From a virus (Duplodnaviria > Caudoviricetes): a DNA stretch of 46,904 bases. The stretch is taken from the IMG/VR virus record IMGVR_UViG_3300037991_001826, positions 1 through 46,904 of that record, one strand, 5' to 3'. The stretch's first letter is position 1; every line of letters begins with the position of its first letter. The notes under the pieces are model-generated. The model saw nothing but the letters and a program-made list of their open reading frames with translations, ran no database searches and was not told where the DNA came from. Shown in pieces: positions 7,899 to 14,874 of the stretch. The position numbers and the translations under genes are program-made.

Positions 7899-8124
7899 AA
7901 AGCTTCGCCTTTACTAAATCTGGATCTACCTCTGGCAACATGTTTGCCAGCTTTGATAATGGGCTACCGTCATAGGCAACACCTGATATATCGTTTGTCT
8001 TCAGCCAATCACAGGCTGCTTTTAAATCTTGAGTAGTAGCATCACCGCTTTTTACTCTGTCTAAAAATTCTTGTGTGACCAACTGATGTAGTTCATTAAA
8101 CTGTTCTTCAGTTGCTTTTTTCAT
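7882..8124 (-). CDS. terS: Terminase small subunit (T7 gp18-like)
   Basis: KATEEQFNELH...DLKAACDWLKTNDI; upstream of terL. Confidence 0.85.
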   Translation of the reverse strand: MKKATEEQFNELHQLVTQEFLDRVKSGDATTQDLKAACDWLKTNDISGVAYDGSPLSKLANMLPEVDPDLVKAKLYGKYK

Positions 8125-8270
8125 TTCTTTTTAGCTGTTCTAGCTGATCTTTTAAAATTTGCAGCAGTAGGAGCACCCTTACTGCCAGGTTTTCTCATCT
8201 TCTCGCCAGATCCAGCTGCAATGCGCTTTCTCTTAGCGTGAATGTTTGCATACAATCCTCTTTTAGCCAT
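8121..8270 (-). CDS. Small basic protein, 49 aa (MAKRGLYANIHAKRKRI...), absent from ORF track
   Basis: Manual translation; TAATG and ATGA coupling. Confidence 0.75.
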   Translation of the reverse strand: MAKRGLYANIHAKRKRIAAGSGEKMRKPGSKGAPTAANFKRSARTAKKK

Positions 8271-8506
8271 TAACATTTCCATTTACGTAGTGCAAGAGCT
8301 TTTCTTGTAGGACGACCCTTGCTGTCTTTCATTGGTCCTTTTACTCCTGACATACGAGCACAAAAGGATTTCTTTCTTGGACCACCCTGTGGTTGTGGTG
8401 CCTTGAGGTTAGATCCTGTTTCTCTGTTGTATTTCTCTCTGCCAGCTTTGGTAAGCCCACCTGTACGGCTTTTATGCTTACCAATTTTTAGTTTTACGTT
8501 TGCCAT
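8270..8506 (-). CDS. Basic hypothetical protein (GGLTKAGR...KSFCARM...LRKWKC)
   Basis: ATG at 8506 is coupled to the upstream stop. Confidence 0.75.
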   Translation of the reverse strand: MANVKLKIGKHKSRTGGLTKAGREKYNRETGSNLKAPQPQGGPRKKSFCARMSGVKGPMKDSKGRPTRKALALRKWKC

Positions 8507-9084
8507 TATTTTTCCTCGTAATTTAGGTTTAAAACAAATCGACATTTAGAATCTGTAGCCCAAACTCCTGCATGTTCTGCTGAACTAGGTGCTACTACAC
8601 ATCTATTAGCTTCAGACTTTATAAACTCGCCATCTTTAAATTGCGTTCCACCATTATTGGAGTTCAAATATAAGATGGCAATTTTTCCATGCTTATCAAA
8701 ATAAGTTCCAACCATGTCTCTATGGAATGCACCTTGATGTGGTTCTTTAGTTCCAAAAGTACAATTCACACGCATCATCCATAACTTTTTAATATTTAAT
8801 AAATTATGAATTTTTTGAATAACTGGATCAGCTTCTATATAGAAATCTAAAAATGTTATTTGATCGTTACGTCGTCTGTAGATTATGGACTGTGCCATAC
8901 ATTCATTAAAGTTTACATTTGGATTTAACTCACGACCTAAAGTTTCAATGCTTCCATCACTTTCTCTAATATCTGCTGTATAGTCAGCCACACTAAAATG
9001 TGGTCGATCTATTACTCTATAAGCAAAATTTGCAAACATTGCATCGGGGAGGAAATTTTCAATTATTTTGGGTGAATTAGACAT
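8506..9084 (-). CDS. 2OG-Fe(II) oxygenase
   Basis: HRD...ILYLN..NGGT...H...RFVLNLNY. Confidence 0.8.
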   Translation of the reverse strand: MSNSPKIIENFLPDAMFANFAYRVIDRPHFSVADYTADIRESDGSIETLGRELNPNVNFNECMAQSIIYRRRNDQITFLDFYIEADPVIQKIHNLLNIKKLWMMRVNCTFGTKEPHQGAFHRDMVGTYFDKHGKIAILYLNSNNGGTQFKDGEFIKSEANRCVVAPSSAEHAGVWATDSKCRFVLNLNYEEK

Positions 9085-9239
9085 TAAAGACCTAAACCTT
9101 TTTTAACAATGGCTAGTGCTTTGTCGTCCAGCTCGTTATCACTCTGCTCTACTAATTTTTCTAATAATTGAATGACAAAAACCTTAAATTTAGGGCTTTT
9201 TAAACCAGTTAAAACGAGGGGTTTTAGAATTGCTAACAT
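9084..9239 (-). CDS. Small amphipathic protein, 51 aa (MLAILKPLV...DNELDDKAL), absent from ORF track
   Basis: Manual translation; TAATG coupling. Confidence 0.7.
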   Translation of the reverse strand: MLAILKPLVLTGLKSPKFKVFVIQLLEKLVEQSDNELDDKALAIVKKGLGL

Positions 9240-9834
9240 TTTCTTCTTTTTTAATTAATGAACTAATTGGTACTACGTCGGAACACAAGTGATAGACACG
9301 AGTTCCAGGTAGCAGGGTAAAGCCTCGCTGCATTATTTTTGTACAGTTGTCTATACGGACAAGCTCGTAATTTAATTGCATTTTCTCCTCCTGACGTTTA
9401 GCGATGGCTTTACATTGTCGTAAACCTTCTCTATCAAGGGGCACCATAAAATTTATCTGAAATCCCCAGTTTTCATTTAACTGATAGCTAGAGGGATACA
9501 AATCTCGTGTATCCTCGTCAGCTGTATAGGGATTGGTATGGTTGCCCATATAGAAGGGACTAAACGTCATTGTGCTTCCGTTGCACTGGATGGATGGGCC
9601 ATATGACTGTCTCGACGATGCTCCATTGTTCTGGAATTGTATAGCCGAATTGGTCACATTTCCGGTCGCTGCGGCGACTGGATTGGCATTGTTATTGGTC
9701 TCTCCTTCAGCAAACGCTGGGCTTACTGTGAGAAGACAGAGAGTGAGGTAGTAGTAGAGTTTATTGTGTAGTTTGTTGTTGTATCCCACTGCTCTACTAG
9801 CCCTGCGGCTCTTGTTGTTGTTTCTAATGTCCAC
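9190..9834 (-). CDS. Putative exported protein (true start uncertain)
   Basis: Signal-peptide-like YYYLTLCLLTVSPAFA; several Cys. Confidence 0.65.
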   Translation of the reverse strand: MDIRNNNKSRRASRAVGYNNKLHNKLYYYLTLCLLTVSPAFAEGETNNNANPVAAATGNVTNSAIQFQNNGASSRQSYGPSIQCNGSTMTFSPFYMGNHTNPYTADEDTRDLYPSSYQLNENWGFQINFMVPLDREGLRQCKAIAKRQEEKMQLNYELVRIDNCTKIMQRGFTLLPGTRVYHLCSDVVPISSLIKKEENVSNSKTPRFNWFKKP

Positions 9835-10079
9835 GGTAAAGTTGCATCAGTTACTGAGAACGTTGTACCAGTACCGGTGATGTCTGCGGATGGTGTTACG
9901 TTTGTTCCAGACCACGTATCTACTGAAGACCCGAAGACTTGCTTCTGGGTCACTTCTGTAATAGTTTGCGTGGTAGTGGTTGTAGAGTTCATCGAGCCGT
10001 GTGTAAAGGCTGGAGTCACTACGTTTGCTCTAGCTATGCTGGGTGATAACAGAGCTAAAAGCACAATAAATTTTTTCAT
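9723..10079 (-). CDS. Thr-rich putative exported protein
   Basis: Signal peptide MKKFIVLLALLSPSIARA. Confidence 0.7.
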   Translation of the reverse strand: MKKFIVLLALLSPSIARANVVTPAFTHGSMNSTTTTTQTITEVTQKQVFGSSVDTWSGTNVTPSADITGTGTTFSVTDATLPWTLETTTRAAGLVEQWDTTTNYTINSTTTSLSVFSQ

Positions 10080-10387
10080 GCTTTTGGTTTTTCTTTATTT
10101 GCCATTGGGCAAACTGGGGGTTTACTGTTTTTATTTCCGTTATTTGTTTGTAATCCAAAAGAATAAAGAGCAGATCCAAATATCGAAGCCACAAATGTAA
10201 TATCTGTATTTGCAGTCTTTTTGATCATTGGCAAATCTATGTAATTTAGAGTAATGATAAAACCGGACCAGACGACAACGCCCAATCTAACGAAAGTACC
10301 TAATACTTCTAAATGATGTTCTTTATCTTCGGAAACGTCTTTTAATTTACCGATCAGCCCTTTCTTCGGCTGCTTAACTTCTTCCAT
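10076..10387 (-). CDS. Two-TM membrane protein (holin-like candidate)
   Basis: Two hydrophobic segments and a basic C-terminus. Confidence 0.55.
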   Translation of the reverse strand: MEEVKQPKKGLIGKLKDVSEDKEHHLEVLGTFVRLGVVVWSGFIITLNYIDLPMIKKTANTDITFVASIFGSALYSFGLQTNNGNKNSKPPVCPMANKEKPKA

Positions 10388-10719
10388 GTAGTTTTTAGTA
10401 TTGGTTTCATGGCTGTTACAACCCATTTAAAGGCTGCTGTAGCTGTCAAGGTTGCAGCCACACTAACTACTGCTGTTGTTGACGCAGTAATTAATATTTC
10501 GTTTTCCGGTAGAGGAACTTTAAAATCTAATACTGGTATATTTACTTCTCTTAATCCTGTATCTGTTTCCGTTGCTTCTGGCTCAGTACCTTCTGGGTTT
10601 TTTAAATCGCTAGGTGGTATTACTAAAGGTTTATAAAAAGGTACTTTAGCTGTTGGTAGTGGTATTGATATTGTCTTTATCGCTGGCGGAATAATAATAG
10701 TTGGTGTTTCAACTTCCAT
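10354..10719 (-). CDS. Pro-rich protein with C-terminal TM segment
   Basis: TASTTAVVSVAATLTATAAF followed by a basic tail. Confidence 0.65.
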   Translation of the reverse strand: MEVETPTIIIPPAIKTISIPLPTAKVPFYKPLVIPPSDLKNPEGTEPEATETDTGLREVNIPVLDFKVPLPENEILITASTTAVVSVAATLTATAAFKWVVTAMKPILKTTWKKLSSRRKG

Positions 10720-11353
10720 TTTTGGTTGTGAGATATAAGTTCCCAGCAATAGTTATTCGTCTTCCTTTACTTTTAAATGGGTAAACCATATGTGGAACCC
10801 ATGCAGGAAATAAGAAACAAGTACCTTCTGTTGATTTATCTACTGCAACTTTAATACTTGAATAAAAGAAATTATCAACAAATTCAGTACAACCATTTAA
10901 AACTTTATCTACTTCTATGTTTGGAGTTAACTTACACTCTTCTTCAAAAGTATAAGGAATATTTACATAGACAATAAAACTAAATAACCCAGAATGTATA
11001 TGTAGTGGAGAATATGAATTATTTGTACCACTGTTTAGCCAAATCCTATCAATATTTAAATCAAAATGTTTTGTTACATCAAACTCAGCTTTATTGCTAT
11101 TCCATTTGTCATTGCGAAAACTATTAACAATATGATGAAAGATTAAATCATTGTGTCTTATTTGTAGATATTCAAGAGATTGTGCCTTTATAAAATCCAC
11201 AAACTTTGGACATTCTTTGTCATTAACAAGATACTGGTCTTCTAAAACACCAGCTAATGATTCTGCATGATTTTGACCTAATGTTGCCTGTTTAAGATTT
11301 TGAAATACTTCATCAGACATAGGTAGTTTTGCTATTGGTCCAGCAAATTCCAT
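10709..11353 (-). CDS. 2OG-Fe(II) oxygenase-like protein
   Basis: HIHSG.FSFIVY...FPAWVPHMVYPF...RITIAGN. Confidence 0.8.
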   Translation of the reverse strand: MEFAGPIAKLPMSDEVFQNLKQATLGQNHAESLAGVLEDQYLVNDKECPKFVDFIKAQSLEYLQIRHNDLIFHHIVNSFRNDKWNSNKAEFDVTKHFDLNIDRIWLNSGTNNSYSPLHIHSGLFSFIVYVNIPYTFEEECKLTPNIEVDKVLNGCTEFVDNFFYSSIKVAVDKSTEGTCFLFPAWVPHMVYPFKSKGRRITIAGNLYLTTKNGS

Positions 11354-11355
11354 AA

Positions 11356-11724
11356 TTATTCTCCACAACTTTCACACCCTTTAATGACTTTTGGATAATC
11401 TTTCCAAGAATCTTTAATTTGGGTAAAATTTTCAGCACTAATAACAAAAGCTATACATGCTTGCTTGTTTTCTAATTTCATTTTTAAATACCTATGATGA
11501 CCGTCAACAATATCGTATTTATCACCATTTGGGGTGACTAATATTGGATATCTTGTATCAACCATATGTATTTCTGATTTAGTTATTTTGGTTTTAGGTT
11601 GATGAAAAATTAGATCTTTAAAAAGAATCAACTTTAAATCAGATGCTTTACATGTATCTAATAAATCTATCAACCTATAAACTCTTTGATCAGTAGATAA
11701 AAAGTCTCTTAAATAAATTTGCAT
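11356..11724 (-). CDS. ParB/Srx-like domain protein
   Basis: YPILV...YDIVDGHHRY motif. Confidence 0.7.
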   Translation of the reverse strand: MQIYLRDFLSTDQRVYRLIDLLDTCKASDLKLILFKDLIFHQPKTKITKSEIHMVDTRYPILVTPNGDKYDIVDGHHRYLKMKLENKQACIAFVISAENFTQIKDSWKDYPKVIKGCESCGE

Positions 11725-11741
11725 ATGGGTGAATTAATTAA

Positions 11742-12152
11742 TTAATCTAATAATTTGTCAATTTCTTCTTCTTTGTAAGTCGTACCTTTTGGTATTTTTG
11801 CTTTGACTTCTTTAATAGCTACATCAACAGCTTTAAGGTTAGTGTCGTCTCCTTCACGTGCCCAATGTAAAGCGTCAAGCTGATGTCCTACTGAAGGATA
11901 ATTTCTACGTCTCGCATCTTTGTAATCAATTTCTGTTTGTACTACTTCACTTGTGTCTAACCAATCTTCGGATGCGGTAACTGGAACGTCCTTAACTTCA
12001 TCAAATGGAGCACGCCTATTACCATACTCGTCAATTTGACTAAGTATGGCATCTTTTGTTTGCCCTTTTTGTATTGGAACTAGTGCCCAAGAACCGTCTT
12101 CATATTCTGCTTTTACAGACTCAGTAGTGACTTCTTTAATTTTAAATTTCAT
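11742..12152 (-). CDS. Tail fibre assembly-like protein
   Basis: YKDARRRNYPSVGHQLDAL...VKAKIPK motif; follows the fibre genes. Confidence 0.55.
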   Translation of the reverse strand: MKFKIKEVTTESVKAEYEDGSWALVPIQKGQTKDAILSQIDEYGNRRAPFDEVKDVPVTASEDWLDTSEVVQTEIDYKDARRRNYPSVGHQLDALHWAREGDDTNLKAVDVAIKEVKAKIPKGTTYKEEEIDKLLD

Positions 12153-12154
12153 AA

Positions 12155-13363
12155 TTATCTGCCGGCAACTGTACCGGAATTGTTGAATGTTATCGACCCA
12201 CGATTGGTGATGTAATATCCAGCTTGTCCTCCGCTAGAACCTCCTGAGCCACTTGAGCCGGAAGAACCTCCTGAGCCGCTTGACCCATTTGTATGATTTC
12301 CATTACCGCCTGGATTTCCTGTATGACCAGTGTTTCCAGTTGCTCCAGCATTACCGTTTGCACCAGAGTTACCAAAAGTACCGCCAATACCGCCAGTTCC
12401 ACCAGTTCCACCAGTTCCACGAGCACCGCCGGAACCACCAGAGCCAGCGTTTGTTCCGCCGCTAGAGCCGCTAGAGCCATTACCTCCTACTGATCCACTA
12501 GAACCACCAGAACCATTATGTCTACTTTGGTTATATCCTTGACCTCTTCCACCGTTTCCACCGGTACCTCCGCCGCCACCGCTGCTACCGCCAGATCCTC
12601 CAGAACCACCGTTAGTATAGTTCCATCTATAACAGTTCCAATGCCATGTTGATTCAGTACTACCATGCTGACAAGAACCACTACGGTTACAGAAGTGAGT
12701 AGTACCAACCCACGTGTTAGCGTTTTGTACAGCGTAAGCTTCACTTGCACTACAACCCCAAGAAGCTGGGTATCCACCATGTAGGTGTACAACAAAAGAA
12801 CTATATTTTCCTTGTCCTCCGGTTCCACCTGTACCGCCGTTACCTCCTGTACCGCCGTTACCGCCTTTACCGCCACCTCCACCGCCACCATAAATGGTGC
12901 CAGTATTGTTGATAGTTACGCCTGATGTTTGGTTTGCAGCTATAGCATCACCTCCGGTTCCACCGTTAGCTGCTCCACCATATCCTTGGATGCTTCCAGC
13001 ATTGTCAATAACTAAAGTACCACCCATACCAGTTGGTATGTTGATAGCAGGGTTACTACCAGTAGCACCCATAATTGCACTACTATTAATAATTACTCGT
13101 TTAGGTACAGCAGTTCCCCAGTTAGAACCAAAGACAGAAGCTAAGTTTACGTTTGTATTAGTAGAACTGTATGTCTGTTGTATTTCGTTTACAGCAGAAT
13201 AAAAGTTTGAAAGAGAAATTTCTCCAGAAGTTGGAACATTAGTATTATTTCCAGGAACTTCTCCACCATTTCTATAGTATTCAGAAAGAGAGTGAGGGGC
13301 TGACCCCCCAAACTCATCTACTATATCTTGTATAGAAATGGATCCAGAACTCTGGATTGCCAT
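12155..13363 (-). CDS. Glycine-rich adhesin / receptor-binding protein (gp38-like)
   Basis: N-terminal SGSISIQDI..EFGG..PHSLSEYY, I.G.GG motifs and long poly-Gly tracts flanking a non-Gly insert. Confidence 0.7.
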   Translation of the reverse strand: MAIQSSGSISIQDIVDEFGGSAPHSLSEYYRNGGEVPGNNTNVPTSGEISLSNFYSAVNEIQQTYSSTNTNVNLASVFGSNWGTAVPKRVIINSSAIMGATGSNPAINIPTGMGGTLVIDNAGSIQGYGGAANGGTGGDAIAANQTSGVTINNTGTIYGGGGGGGKGGNGGTGGNGGTGGTGGQGKYSSFVVHLHGGYPASWGCSASEAYAVQNANTWVGTTHFCNRSGSCQHGSTESTWHWNCYRWNYTNGGSGGSGGSSGGGGGTGGNGGRGQGYNQSRHNGSGGSSGSVGGNGSSGSSGGTNAGSGGSGGARGTGGTGGTGGIGGTFGNSGANGNAGATGNTGHTGNPGGNGNHTNGSSGSGGSSGSSGSGGSSGGQAGYYITNRGSITFNNSGTVAGR

Positions 13364-14874
13364 TACTTACCTCCCTTTTTGTGTTCGTCTAGTTCTGCTT
13401 TAAGTTCGTTTATTGCGTTTATAAGTACGCCAACTATTTTTCCGTAGTCAACTGATTTAACTTCTATTGATTCTCCTGTAGAAGGGTCAGTGTCTACATT
13501 AGTTAAAACTACTTCTGGTATTACTTCTTCTACTTCTTGTGCAATAACACCTATAGAAGATTTACCATCTCTTAACCACTTATAACTAACACCACGTAAC
13601 TTACCGCAGATATCTAAAGCATCATTAATAGTACTTATGTCTGTTTTTAGTCTTGCGTCAGAGTAAGCTGTTACGTTACCACTAGCAGTTAAGTTACCAG
13701 ATTGATCTAATGTAAGCTTGTTGCTACCAGCCGTATTTCTGTGATACAAATTACCTTGATATTGGAAATAACTATTACTTTGGTCAGGTTGTATTTTTAT
13801 ACCACTACTATAATCTCCTGCCCAAGAACCACCAGCTATACGAATATCACTACCACCAGAAATTGTTACAGCACCAGCACCACCAGAAAATGAGATGTCA
13901 CCTACTGCTGTATCTGCGGTATCTGCCCTTAAGAAACTACTAGCTTGTAAACCATCTACTGTGTCAGCATCCAATCCACTGCCAGAACCGTCATTACGAG
14001 AGTGCCATAGAGTTCCATATCCAGAACTGTCATACCATTGTGCGGTTGAACCTAATTTAAATCCTTTATTTTCTTCTGAATTCCATATGTATACGCTGTT
14101 GTCACTAGCAGACCACTGAATATATGCTCTGTTAGTAGTACCTTCTTGCAATCTTATATAAGGATTGGTTGCACCACTTAATTTAATTTTTTCATCAGTA
14201 GATGAACTAAATGTATAAGTAGAACCTGTTAAGGTATCACTTGCATCTGATCTTACAAACTGACCAGCTTCCAAACCATCAACTTGGTCAGCATTAATGT
14301 TTAGTGCATCAATATCTGATTTAGTCTGATCGGCAGTGGCTCCATTTTCTACATTTATCATAGTTCTTACCTCTGACGCATCTAGCCCTTGCAAACTGCC
14401 ATTGCCACTTGCTATCCTTCCAGCAATTCTGTTTTGACCAAAATCTGCAATTTTATCTACTGTTACTGCATTATTAGCTATTTTTGCAGTTGTTACAACT
14501 CCACTTCCTAGTTTATTTTCTGTTATAGAACTGTTTTCTAATTTATCACTTGCATTTATAGAAGCATTTGCAAGTTTAGTTCCAGCTATTGCAGCGTTAG
14601 AAACTACGTTGTCATTTGTAACTGTTACGTCTGTTGGTAAGGCTCCAGCAGCAATTTTAGATGTTGCAATAGAGTCTGTGCCTAATTGTCCAGCTATTGA
14701 AGCAGAAGATACGTTTGACATATCTTCTCTTGCTAGTGGTCTACCACCAGCTTGTGCGCCGTCATGTACGACAGCTGTATCTTTTGTTGTGTCTATTGTG
14801 ACTTCGCCTTCGGCACCAGTAAATGATGAATGCTGACTTGTCGAGCCACGTCTTAATTTTAATAATTTTGCCAT
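13363..14874 (-). CDS. Tail fibre with C-terminal intramolecular chaperone (peptidase S74)
   Basis: LKLRRG N-terminus, GSGSGLDAD motif, YSDARLK cleavage motif, GVIAQEV. Confidence 0.85.
   Translation of the reverse strand: MAKLLKLRRGSTSQHSSFTGAEGEVTIDTTKDTAVVHDGAQAGGRPLAREDMSNVSSASIAGQLGTDSIATSKIAAGALPTDVTVTNDNVVSNAAIAGTKLANASINASDKLENSSITENKLGSGVVTTAKIANNAVTVDKIADFGQNRIAGRIASGNGSLQGLDASEVRTMINVENGATADQTKSDIDALNINADQVDGLEAGQFVRSDASDTLTGSTYTFSSSTDEKIKLSGATNPYIRLQEGTTNRAYIQWSASDNSVYIWNSEENKGFKLGSTAQWYDSSGYGTLWHSRNDGSGSGLDADTVDGLQASSFLRADTADTAVGDISFSGGAGAVTISGGSDIRIAGGSWAGDYSSGIKIQPDQSNSYFQYQGNLYHRNTAGSNKLTLDQSGNLTASGNVTAYSDARLKTDISTINDALDICGKLRGVSYKWLRDGKSSIGVIAQEVEEVIPEVVLTNVDTDPSTGESIEVKSVDYGKIVGVLINAINELKAELDEHKKGGK

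Noticed and set aside
12190-13202. Multiple overlapping ORFs in the Gly-rich gene
   Set aside because: By-product of GGN-rich low-complexity codons.
12155-14874. Diversity-generating retroelement acting on the adhesin
   Set aside because: No reverse transcriptase and no TR/VR pair seen.
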